Shown here in pieces: positions 14,250 to 27,200 of a stretch of 64,000 bases of DNA (its first letter is position 1; each line of letters begins with the position of its first letter). The stretch covers positions 53,940,001 to 54,004,000 of the forward strand of contig OX597818.1 in assembly GCA_951406725.2 (NCBI GenBank). Direction: 5' to 3'. The position numbers and the translations under genes are program-made. The notes under the pieces are model-generated. The model saw nothing but the letters and a program-made list of their open reading frames with translations, had not been told where the DNA came from and searched no databases. This stretch comes from Octopus vulgaris. Lineage: Eukaryota.

Positions 14250-15039
14250 TTAATATAACCAATACCTTGAGGCTGGATCACTTCTTTTTGAAAAAATGAT
14301 TTTGTACAACTCTAGGTTTCCTCACATGAATATAGAGGAAGTAAAACATCTTTTTGGAAGGACGAATTTTATTTATTTTGAATTGGATCACATATTTCAT
14401 AGCACAGATGTGGTTGTGTGGTTTAGAGACTTACTCCCCAACTATGTGGTTTCTGGTTCCAACCCACTACATAGCACCTTGAGCATATTTTTCTACTATA
14501 GTCCCAAGCCAGTCAAAGCCTTGTGAGTGGATTTGGCTGACAGAAACTGGAAAAGCCCATTGTGTGTGTGTGGGCATGTGCGTATGTATATATATATATA
14601 TATAGATAGATGATAGATAAATATAAGATCCAGGGATTAAGGTGTAGGAAGAAAGTTAGCTTCAAGCTGTTTGTCCCCCACCCTACCCAGCACTTGACAA
14701 CTAGTGTTGGTTTATTTACATCCCCATAAAAGTGTTTTAGCAAAAGAGACCAATAGTGTAAGTGTCAAACTTAAAAAACAAGTACTGGTGTCAGTTTGTT
14801 GAACTCCTTCAAGATGATGCCCCAGCATGGCTGCACTCCGGCGACTGAAACTAGTGAAAGATAAAGATGACCATAATAAAGCTTTTATATTTTGTTAATT
14901 CTTATATTGAGGGTAGTGTTTATTAATGGAAATCTTCTGGACATTTGACAGATTTTTTTCTGTTGTTCTTGAGAAAGTAATAACTTGTTTCACCTCCTCT
15001 CTTCCACTTATTTTATATTATCCTTATTAGTATTTTTAT

Positions 15040-15335
15040 TCTGTTGTGTCTGGGGAGAGTCATTTTCTTTTTGTGCCTTATAATGTAACACACTCACCGG
15101 TAAAATTTCCACTTATTCCTTATTTTTATTTTCCTAAAATTTTCTGTCAAGACTATTGAAAAGGTTGCAAGATGCAACGAAAATTTTATGAAAATAAGAA
15201 ATAAGTGGAAATTTTACCGGTGAGTGTGTTAAATAATAAGGCACTAAAAGAGAATGACTTTCCTCAGACACAACAGAATATGCTTCAACACACGAACTCA
15301 TATAAAGAATCTTGCAAACCAAATCCAAAAGCAAA
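15040..15335. repeat. Fold-back repeat, second copy of 52140-52460
   Basis: Same inverted arms tctgttgtgtctggggagagtc... / ...cagacacaacaga and the same downstream tail atgcttcaacacacgaactca. Confidence 0.85.
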
Positions 15336-15899
15336 GTATTTTTATTATTTTTGCAACTAACATGTGACATGGCTCCCCACTATTGATTTTCTTGTGACTC
15401 ATCTTAATCTGTTGTAATCTCATTTGTAAAATCCACTACTGAGATCTAACATCTGGAGAATCAGGAAAAAAAACTCATCTAAACTATTCCACATAATATT
15501 TAATGTTTTATTTGTGTTCTTTGTTCTTCGTTATCAAAAATGACTAAGATTCAGGATTGTCACCTTTACCTGATGGGTTCAGTAATGGTTGATAAGATCT
15601 ATCCTTGCCAGGTGTCCTCTCCTATATGTAGGGCATCCATGGGAAGGTGTGGCACTTGAGGTTATTTGTAGCTCTGCTTTATTTCTTTATTGCCCACAAG
15701 GGGCTAAACATAGAGGGGACAAACGAAGGGATTAAGTCGATTACATCAACCCCAGTGCATAAACTGATACTTAATTTATCGACCCCAAAAGCATGAAAGG
15801 CAAAGTCGACCTCGGCGGAATTTGAACTCAGAACGTAGCGGCAGACGAAATACCACTAAGCATTTCGCCCAGCGTGTTAACGATTCTGCCAGCTCACCG

Positions 15900-16260
15900 C
15901 CTTTATAGCCCTGCTTTATGGAGTGAGCACTCTTCCTCAGCTGCTGTAGCTCTTTTCCTTTTATTTGTTTGGGCACCACTGTGAATCAGTCTGCACCAGC
16001 TGCATTGGTATTGGGTGAGCAGTTCTCTCAAGTCGACCATGATGTTGAATTCCTTTAGAAATACTTTTAGCCAGTCCTTGAACTTCTTTTGCTCATCTCC
16101 CTCGCCAACGGTGCCAAATAAGAACTGCCTTGCGATGCAGTGGTCTTTCATGTGACTGACATGCCCACCCCATATCACTTGGACCTTCTGAAGGAAGGTG
16201 TACAGGTATGAAATGCTGGCTTGTTGATGCACCTCAGTGCCAGGGATTTTGTCCTTCTGA
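15900..16260 (-). mobile_element. RTE-clade LINE C-terminal fragment
   Basis: QVIWGGHVSHMKDHCIARQFLFG...KKFKDWLKVFLKEFNI. Confidence 0.75.
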
Positions 16261-16336
16261 AATACTTCATGTAGAAATACTAGCTTATGTAAAATTTATC
16301 CAGAACTTACAGACATAGAGGGTTGTGAGAACAACT

Positions 16337-16821
16337 ACTCAGTAGACAGCCCGGACACCGTCACATCCGGGCCAGTCGGTTGGCGAACACAGCGCTTCTT
16401 AGAGGGACGGGTGGCAGAAAGCCGCACGAGGCAGAGCGATAACAGATCTGTGATGCCCTTAGGTGTCTGGGGCGGCACGCGCGCTACACTGGAGGTATCA
16501 GCGGGCACATCTCCCCTGGCCCGAGAGTGTCTGGAAACCTCTGAACCACCTCCCGTGATAGGGATCAGGGCCTGGAACCAACCCCGTGAACGAGGAATTC
16601 CCTGTAGGCACGGGTCATCAGCCTGCGTCAATCACATCCCTGCCCTTTGTACACACCACCCGTTGCTCTCCTACCAGTCAAACAGTTCAGTGAGGTCTTC
16701 AAATCTGGCCGATGAGACCGCTTATGCGCAGCGGCGTTCCACGCCATCGTTGGTGCGTTCTCTGATGGCCCGGAGAAGACGACCAAACCCGATCGCTTAG
16801 AGGAAGTAAAAGTCGTAACAA
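16337..16821 (+). pseudogene. 18S rRNA 3'-region fragment (retrocopy)
   Basis: Contains ttcttagagggac, aacagAtctgtgatgccctt, gcacgcgcgctacact, aacgaggaattcc, tttgtacacaccAcccgtT and ggaagtaaaagtcgtaacaa. Normally invariant bases are substituted, the copy stops before the terminal helix, and AACAACT is repeated on both flanks. Confidence 0.92.
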
Positions 16822-17524
16822 CTTTTGACTTGGTGCTGAGACTGTTTGCCCTTGTGCTCCCAGATATTCTATCTAGCTTTCTATCTTTCTTCATTCTAAA
16901 TTTGAATACCTTGTCAACCCATTCTTATCATTTATTTGGTGAAATTATTTCTATCTTTAATATTTCCATTTATTTTTAACACTTGTCTTTTGTTTTTGCA
17001 TATTTTCCTTTATAATTTATCAAACAATATCTGTGATTCAGTGCATACCATGTCTCTTTACTGGAGATGTTATATGCAATATTTGAAATGTTATTTTTTT
17101 GATTTACATGACTAATCAATGCTGAGTGGACTTTCGGCATTGATCAGTCCACATTTCAAGCTACTGTGTGACAACCAGTGATTGCTCAATCTGTTAGAAA
17201 CAGCAGCCAAGTATCTAAAAACCATACCATGCTGTCTTAAAATACAAAGTTACATTGGACAGTATGGTCCCTGATTTCAAAAAGATGGAATGGTCATGGC
17301 TGGAATGTCTTTGAACATAGATCTGTTGGATCAGGGTTGACTTAAGACTGACTGACATCCACATCCACAAATCTAAGCAATGTCGTGTTTTTTTTTTATG
17401 TTGTTTTTTCCTCCATCATACAATTTGTCTGTCTCTTTCTTTTAACTTCCAGAATATCACTAGAGGCTCATCGAAATTTTGTTTCTCTTTTTAGAATCTT
17501 GTTTGTTTTCTGTAACCCTTAAAA

Positions 17525-17590
17525 ATGCTGCACAGATCTGCCAAAACCCTGCTACAGAATGTAATACGTCACACCGACACCCATAACAGA
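17525..17590 (+). CDS. NKAPD1: NKAPD1 coding exon 1
   Basis: [22 protein letters not shown] followed by gtgagt; candidate acceptors upstream at 17452 or 17494. Confidence 0.88.
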
Positions 17591-20500
17591 GTGAGTACAC
17601 GTTTGATACCTTTCCTAGTTTTCTGTGTCCTTCTTTAAATATGGCAAATAATATATGAAATTAGGCTTTCTGTTTTAATTATCAGTTTCAACCAGGGGAA
17701 GTGGCCATCCTGGAGCACTGCCCCGAAACAGCGCGCATTCTCTCCTGATGACCCCATACGCTTGCTGGCTTCCGGTATACGGAGCTTTTGACTGGTAGCA
17801 CTTGCATGTGCAAGTTGTTTGCAAGACATCTAATACTTGCTTATCTTAGACTCCTTTCTCAGCCCTTTCTCTGGAATCGGTTCTGATGAAGTAGTGAGTT
17901 GGACAGAGCAGCCCTTCTTTGTGTTTCATGCCCTAATGTGGGTTCCTCTGGTATATTAGATAAACATTTGTCTAGTTGTTTTTGGGACGCATTTACATCT
18001 GCACCTTGTAGATCTCTGAGGTCATTTGGCAAAGTATTGAAAAGCTGAGAGTATTTGTACCCTAAAGTATTGAGTCCTTAATCTGGATGGAGAATGCAAA
18101 ATTTTTGGTATTATGCAATGATATCTATACAGTGACTGGTATAGCTTTCAGTTTCGAAGTTTTGTACTAGACCGTCCAAAATCTTATATATATATAGGAA
18201 GGGCATCCAGCTGTAGAAACATTGCCAGATAAGACTGGAGCCTGGTGCAGCCTTCTGGCTTCCCAGATCCCCAGTCGAACCGTCCAACCCATGCTAGCAT
18301 GGAGAACGGACGTTAAACGATGATGATGATGATAATATATCATAAAGGAAAATGGACAACAAAATCAAAGCAGGACAAGAATCTCAGGTCATTTAGAGTA
18401 TTTAATAAGAGTAAGGTGAATCAAAAGAGGAGAATTAGAAGTAATTAATGTCTTACATAGTATATTATGCAGTTATTATATCATGCATACTTGATCTTGC
18501 TAATAATGAAAACAGCAACAACTACATCTACTGGGAGAGGCTGAAAGAGCCAAAGCTCTACTCCCTGGAAAGAAGGCACAGAAAATATGTGCAGATGTAC
18601 ATATATACATATATTTATACACAGACATCATCATCGTTTAACGTCCGCTTTCCATGCTAGCATGGGTTGGACGGTTCAACTGGGGTCTGGGAAGCCAGAA
18701 GGCTGCACCAGGCCAGTCAGATCTGGCAGTGTTTCTACAGCTGGATGCCCTTCCTAACGCCAACCACTCTGTGAGTGTAGTGGGTGCTTTTTATGTGCCA
18801 CCGACACAGGTGCCAGACGAGGCTGGCGAACGGTCACGTTTGGGTGGTGCTTTTTACGTGCCACCGGCACGGAGGCCAGGCGAGGCTGGCACAGCCACGT
18901 TCGGATGGTGTTTGTTACGTGCCCACAACACGGAGGCCAGTCGATGCAGCCATACACACATATATAATTTTTGATAATTCTTTATTAGCATTTTCGTTCG
19001 TTTAACCAAACTCTTCAAGACAAAAATTAAAACCAAAATGATCATTTTGGTTTTAATTTTTGTCTTGAAGAGTTTGGTTAAAAGAACGAAATCATTAATA
19101 AAGAATTATCCAAAATTCTGATTGCCTCCTTTTTCTCAAAATTCAATACCGTACACTACTTCAAACACTATGAAATCGTGGTAGAGGCCTTGGTCTCGGG
19201 ACCACTCATGTCTAGAAACCAAGATTGGAGTTAAGCAAGGGCATACTCCCCGTAGAAAATCCAGCTCCGAAAAAGCCTCATGAATTGAGGTAGATCCAGC
19301 CACCCCTGTTAACAGGGCCAAAACCCGGATTTAAAAAAACTGGATGATGCTGATGAATATAATCATCATCATTTTAATGTCTACTTTCCCAATCTTGCAC
19401 AGGTCAAATGAAATTCATTGAGATTGAGGCAGATTTTCTATAGCTGGTTCTCTTTTCTTTCGTGATCCCTCATCCGTTTCCATGCTTGGTAATAATCCCC
19501 CCCCCATATCTTTTGAACAACAAACGTCCTAGATACAGTTATGCTGTGAACTGGATGCAAACGACACTTCTTTTTTTTAATGAGCCTTTTGTTATAGAAG
19601 ATCACATAACATGTTAGAATATATGAAACCACACATACCTTTGCGGTTCACTGCCTAAGAGGAAATACAATCTCCTCTACACAAACACACCAATATACGT
19701 ACCCATCACTCCTGCCACGTATGTTATTTTTTTGTCTTTTGCTTGTTTTTGTCATTGGACTGCAGCCATGCTGGGACACCATACATAAACATATTTATTC
19801 TTTTACTTGTTTCAGTCATTTGACTGTGGCCATGCCTGAGCACCGCCTTCAAGGGTTTTTCAGTCAAAGAAATTGACACCCCAGGACTTATTCTTTGTAA
19901 GCCTAGTACTTATTCTATCGGACCCTTTTGCCAAACCACTAAGTTACAAGGACATAAACACACCAGCATCGGTTGTCAAGCAATGGCCGGGGGACAAACA
20001 CAAACACACATAAATATATACATATATATATAATGGACACAGGTTCGTGTGTCATATAGCTAGCTAGACGCGATGGCTTGTTGGGGCTAATCAACGGCAG
20101 CTTTCATCCTATAGTTATGGACTGCCATATTAGCTTGGCGATAACTGTTAATATCCAGTACCGCTGCTGTATTCTCCTTTAGAGAGACTTAGAAATAATA
20201 TTTATTTATATATATATAATAGTTGTATACTGTCAATTTAACGTGACAGTAGGGGATTACACCACTGCTGTTTAGCCCTAGGAAGCATCGATGCTTCCTG
20301 TCGGCTTCGACACATTTCCTGTGTCCTCATATATTTACGAAGGGGAGACAAATACCCCCAACAGCTAGGCCTGCATCTAGAAACACGCATGTTTCAGGAT
20401 CTTTGTCCATCATCGGTCTAGAGTAGCAGAGGCCCACCAGCTGCAGATATCTGTCTCGACTTCGTAAATATATATATATATCTAATTTTCAGTGAAGTAT

Positions 20501-22506
20501 ATTCACTGATCACCAAAATCAGAAATATTGAATTTCTAAATATCTGATAGAGATATGTACGGTGGTGGGGTGATATAATAGTTGTATACTGTCGATTTAA
20601 CGTGACTATATATATTTACAAAGTCGAGATAGATATCTGCAGCTAGTAGGCTTCTGCTACTCTAGACCGATGATGGGCAAAGACCCTGAAACATGCGTGT
20701 CTCTAGATGCAGGCCTAGCTGTTGGGGGTATGTGTCGAAGCCAACAGGGAGCGTTTGATGCTCCCTAGGGCTAAACAGCGGTGGTGTAATCCCCTACTGT
20801 CACGTTAAATTGACAGTCTACAACTATTATATCACCCCACCACCGTACATATCTCTATGAGATATTTAGAAATTCAATATATATATATGTGTATATATGA
20901 CAGGTTTCTTTCAGTTTTCATCTACCAAATCCACTCACTCTCAAAGGAACTCAGCCACTGTCTCCATGAGGCCCACCACTTGTAAGTAAAAGGCTGGATG
21001 ATAGTGAGATGCTGTAGTTATTGTTGTTTAATCCAAGCTCAACTCTGATTGAGCAGAGCTTTGATCCAATCATGACCATCCTACCATTTTGTATATCTAT
21101 AACTCCAGTGTTCAGTATGTTTCTCCTTTCTTAAGGTGGTAGAGTGTGATCTGAAGTAGTTGGGTTGTTGTTTCTAGCTTGTAAATAACCAAACAGGTTC
21201 TTACACTGGCTCAAAGTGAGACATTGTAATCGAATGGAGAAGATTCTGTTAGCAGCTGAGGAGAATTGCAATATAGGACCATCAGGATTGATTACCTGGA
21301 AAATAAAGCACTAGCGATCCAACTGAGAGTTACTCTTTTACTTGTTTCAGTCATTTGACTGCGGCCATGCTGGAGCACCGCCTTTAGTCGAGCAACTCGA
21401 CCCCGGGACTTATTCTTTTTGTAAGCCCAGTACTTATTCTATCGGTCTCTTTTTGCCGAACCGCTAAGTGACGGGGACGTAAACACACCAGCATCGGTTG
21501 TCAAGCAATGCTAGGGGAACAAACACACACACATACATATATATATACATATATACGACAGGCTTCTTTCAGTTTCCATCTACCAAATCCTCTCACAAGG
21601 CATTCGTCGGCCCGGGGCTATAGCAGAAGACGCTTGCCCAAGATGCCACGCAGTGGGACTGAACCCGGAACCATGTGGTTGGTTAGCAAGCTACTTACCA
21701 CACAGCCACTCCTGCGCCTATGACTGAGCATAAAAGGTAGATGTTCGGGTTGGGGAGATGACTGTGCCGGCGTTTGCATAGACATGGGTGGAATGGGTGG
21801 TGATTGCTGCCGTTGGAGCAGCATGTCCATAAAAGAGAAGCACTGAGAATGTTGTGGTAAGGTTAGCTCACCTGATACATGATTTCACAGGTGAGGTGAT
21901 AAAAATGCAAGCGACTGGAAATATGCTGTTTGGCAGATCTGTCCAACTTGGACATGTCATTATGGAAAAAAACAGCCATTGAAACTTTGATATGCATGTA
22001 CATGTGTGTGTGTGTGTGTCTGTGTGTAAAAAATGGGGTGAGCAGATGAGAAACAAATTCACATCATCATCATTGTCGTTTAACGTCCGTTTTCCGCGCT
22101 AGCACGGGTTGGACGGTTCAACCGGGGTCTGGGAAGCCAGGGGCTGCACCAGGCTCCAGTCTGGATTAGCAACGAATATAGTGAAGAATTCCGGGTAGAA
22201 GTAGGTGTTACACCAAGGCTCAGCCCTCAGTCCCCTTTTATTCATCATAGTCCTCCAGGCATGCTTGTAAATAAGGTATTTTCTGCATATACTTTGTGTT
22301 GTGTGGATTTTTTTTTTTTTGTGTGTTTGATTCTGTTCTATATATATTTTTTTTTCTATGTCATCATATATCATTTCTCTGAATATTTAAAGGTCATTGA
22401 GTTCTTCACTGAAATATATTTACCTCTACTGCAAACTTATATAAATGTGTTTTCCACCAGGATGTTTTAATTACTATATACCTATGTGTGTGTGTATATA
22501 TATATG

Positions 22507-22546
<40 letters not shown>

Positions 22547-22666
22547 CATATGTATATATATATATGTATATATATATACATGTATAGCTTTCCGAAATCC
22601 GCCGAAACTACACCTGATTACATATACACTTTAGATGAGTTGTAGTGCACCTGAGCACTGTACACA

Positions 22667-22702
<36 letters not shown>

Positions 22703-22709
22703 GTATACG

Positions 22710-22754
<45 letters not shown>

Positions 22755-24186
22755 GTATAGATATATGTATACGTATATATATATAGATACGTGTATATAT
22801 ATGTATACGTATATATATAGATATGTGTATATATATGTATGTATATATATATGTGTGTGTATATATATATATATATATTTATACGTGTGTATATATATTT
22901 GTATATATATATATGTATATATTTGTATGTATGTGTGTATATATATATATATCATAAAACTTTATACAGGAAGATGGCATAAACAGGCTTTGTAATGGTA
23001 TGAGACTGAAAACTCAGCAACCTACAGCTGTTACCACCTGCAGAAACAATAACATTTTGTAATTAAAGCCAGTTTATTGCATCTTGCATAAACTTTTATA
23101 CAAATTCTAGACAATAACAGAGTTCCATATTTATGTCCAGCTCTAGGATTAACCCTACCATATTGATGATATATGGTTGTCGATCACTATATAGAAGCTT
23201 TCAACACATGTTATGAGGTTACTACCCAAATAATATTGAATAAGAAGTATATATCTATACACATACATACATCAACATCATCATCATCGTTTAACACCCG
23301 CTTTTCATGCTCGCATGGGATGGACTATTTGACTGAAGTCTGATGAACCAGATGGCTGCACCAGGCTTCAATCTTGATCTGGCAGAGTTTCTACAGCTGG
23401 ATACCTTCCTACTCGCAATACTCGCAATACCAGAGGGCGCACACTCTCCTACCCTGATGTAATCTCCAGGGATACAGGCATCCAGCAACAGGGCCTCCGT
23501 AATGCCATGATGGACCGTGAAGTCTGGCGTAGCATGGTAAATTCCATTGTCTCGACCACGGTCGAACAATGATGATGATACCTTCCTAACGCCAACCACA
23601 CTAAGAGTGTAGTGGGTGCTTTTACATGCCACCGGCACGGGGCCAGTCAGGCGGTACTGGCAACGACCTTGCTTGAATCTTTTACACATGCCACCGGCAC
23701 AGGTGCCAGTAAGGCGACACTGGTAACGATCATGCTCGAATGGTGTCTTTTACGTGCCACTGGCACGGAAGCCAGATAGCCGCTCTGGCAACGATCACGC
23801 TTGGATGGTGCTCTTAATACCTTACTAGCACGGCACTCGAGTGCCAGTAAGGTGATGCTGGTAACGAGGCATGTATATACAATTAAAATCCATCTCTCAT
23901 TATCTCCAGTTTGCTTTGTACATAACACAGTGGAGAGTTAGCACTGATGATAACCAGTTTTATAAACCCTAGTTTAATGTATATTGAAATTCTGAGCTCA
24001 ATTTCACAATGGTTGATAGGCGTAGGAGTGGCTGTGAGGTAAGTAGCTTCCTTACAAACCACGTGGTTCCAGGTTCAGTCCCACTGTTTGGTACCTTGTG
24101 CAAGTGTCTTCTATAGTCTCAGGCCGACCAAAGCATTGTGAGTGGATTTGGTAGGCGGAAACTGAAAGAAGCCTGTTGTATATATA

Positions 24187-24221
<35 letters not shown>

Positions 24222-27200
24222 GTATGTGTGTGTGTGTGTGTGTGTGTATATATTTGTGTGTCTGTGTTTGTCCTCCCTAACTTAGTGGTTCGGTAAAAGA
24301 GACCGATAGAATAAATACTGGGCTTACAAAGAATAAGTCCTGAGGTTGATTTGCTCAACTAAAGGCGGTGCTCCAGCATGGCCACAGTCAAATGACTGAA
24401 ACAAGTAAAAGAGAGAAAAAAAATGAGAATATAATTGAGGAATTTTGTGTCATAGAAACACAGGCAGATCTCAACTAGGATTAAAATCCATGATGCTGAG
24501 ATGTTCTGTGCAAACTATAAGTGTGAAATATGTTTTTGTACTTGAAAGCTAGACATCAGGGCACCATTCTTAGTGTCTATGAAGCCATTTACATTTAATT
24601 TTTCACAAATACTATCAATTGTTGGTTGGCATCCTTTTTGTCTCGAGAGACAATGGAGTTGCGCATAAAGTAGTCTAGTCCGACTTTTACATTTCATGTC
24701 CTGATACATTTCCTGCTGTGGCTGTGTAGTCCTATCCTGGACAAACACTCCCTCTGGCAGGTACCGCAAATGTAGCGAAGACTGTTCCTGGCTGGTTGTA
24801 ATGCCATAGTTTCTTGTTGACATCTTCTCTTGTCTTTCCATTTGCCGGCAACCGTGGAGACTGGCGACGTACCGTAAGAGAGGAAATACAAAGAGTGACT
24901 GAGAGAGAGGGGAGAAATGGAAAGACAAGAAAAGACGTATCAATTGTACATACACAAGTTATGCATTATTTATACTAAATGGGATTTTTTTTATTGTGTG
25001 TGATTTTCTGTTCAGATTGTGGAGGAGGCTGAAATGTGGCGACAGAAGGAGAAGAGATCACAACTGTCCAAGAAAGACAGAGAAAAAGACAGAGGCGGAG
25101 AGAAGGATAAGGATAAAGATGACAAGGATAAGAAGTCTACTGATGTGTTCTTTGAGGACACCCGCAAGTCCTTTCTGTATGATAATCGTGTGAGAGATGA
25201 CAGCATATCGTATCGGAGGTATCGTGCTCATATGGATGATGAGCCAATTCCATCATCGACCACTCGTAGCACATATTATACTCGGCAGCTACAACGGGCT
25301 GAGGAGAACGATCCTGGCAGGTAAGGTTTTACACCATTTTCTCCATGTATTTCAGTTCTTCAGCCACAAATCGAAGAGAAGATAATTCTTTGCAAATCCT
25401 CCATCCCAATAACTAGGCTCGTAGCACTTTTTGCTGCTGACCTGTCTAAATTTGAAGGGCAAGCGAGAAGAACTCATCATCATCATCATCATTTAGCGTC
25501 CGGTTTCCATGCTAGCATGAGTTGGATGGTTCAACTGGGGTCTGGGAAGCCAGAAGGCTGCATCAGGCCCAGTCTGATCTGGCAGTGTTTCTACGGCTGG
25601 ATGCCCTTCCTAACGCCAACCACTCCGCGAGTGTAGTGGGTGCTTTTTATGTGCCACCCGCACAGGAGCCAGACGGAGCTGGCAAACGGCCACGAACGGA
25701 TGGTGCTTTTACATGCCACCGGCACGGGGGCCAGGCGAGACTGGCAACGGACACGAACGGATGGTGCTTTTACGTGCCACCGGCATGGAGGCCAGTCGGG
25801 GCGGCGCTGGCAACTGGCTATACATAAACCATAACCCCTATAATAATTATTTCTACTCTAGGTACAAGGCCTTGAAAATTTTGTGGGGAAGAGGGCTAGT
25901 CAATTACATCGACCCAGTGCATAACTGGTACTATTTTTACTAACCCCCCGAAGGGATGAAAGGCAAAGTCGACCTAGGCAGGATTTGAACTCAGGCGGCG
26001 AGCTGGCAGAAACTTTCGCCCGCCGGGCGAAATGCTTAGCGGTATCTCGTCTGCCGTTACGTTCTGAGTTCAAATTCTGCCGAGATCGACTTTGCCTTTC
26101 ATCCTTTCGGGGTCGATAAATTAAGTATCTGTTACGCACTGGGGTTGATATAATCGACTTAATCTGTTTGTCTCTCCTTGTTTGTCCCCTCTGTGTTTAG
26201 CCCCTTGTGGGCAGTAAAGAAATAAGAATTTGAACTCAGAATTTAGAGGCAGGCAAAATACCACAAAGCATTTCACTAGGCATGCTAACGATTCCCTCAG
26301 CTCATCGCCCTCATACCCCCTATAATAATCCTTTTTACTGGAAGTACAAGGCCTCAAATTTGGTGGAAGAGATTAAGTAGATTACATCAACTCCAGTGCT
26401 TGGTGGAATTTGAACTCAGAACGTAACGGCAGACGAAATACCGCTAAGCATTTCGCCCAGTATGCTAACATTTCTTATTTCTTTATTGCCCACAAGGGGC
26501 TAAACATAGAGGGGACAAACAAGGATAGACAAACGGATTAAGTTCATTATATCAACCCCAGTACATAACTGGTATTTAATTTATCAACCCCGAAAGGATG
26601 AAAGGTAAAGTCGACCTTAGAATTTGAACTCAGAACATAGCGGCAGACAAAATACCTATTTCTTTATTACCCACAAGGGGCTAAAGACAGAGGGGACAAA
26701 CAAGGACAGACAAACGGATTAAGTCGATTACATCGACCCCAGTGCGTAACTGGTACTTAATTTATCGACCCCGAAAGGATGAACGGCTAAGTCGACCTCG
26801 GCAGAATTTGAACTCAGAACATAGCGGCAGACAAAATACCACTAAACATTTCGCCCAGCCTGCTAATGTTTCTGCCTGCCTGCCACCGTCACACGCCCTG
26901 TAATAATATTCATCATACTGGTTGTTCCTAACACTATCACACTTTCTTCGTAAACCCACTGGCAATAGGAACTGAGGTGGCAGAGACAGGTAGAGGAAGT
27001 TGCTAGAAGTCTTCAGCTTTGATCCTCAGGTGATGGTCGTTTTCCACACTGCATTAAGAACCCTGTACAGCTACGTATTGCTGAGCCCTCATTTACTGAA
27101 TTGATGAGGAAGTTCGCTATTTCAGATGTACACTGCTTCAGAGGCAGTTTGAGGAGATTCAACTGCTGTTTCTAGCAAAATAAGTGACCATATATAAACT

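Larger units (their letters stand above)
20216..20880. mobile_element. Inverted pair of hammerhead-bearing repeats (Penelope-like pseudo-LTR or retrozyme-like)
   Basis: 20216-20478 is the inverted copy of approx. 20608-20830; 20526-20606 is inverted at approx. 20800-20880; the ends fall in (TA)n. Confidence 0.6.

Noticed and set aside
16337-16821. Functional 18S rRNA gene
   Set aside because: Only approx. 485 bp long, mutated at invariant positions, with no ITS, 5.8S or 28S.
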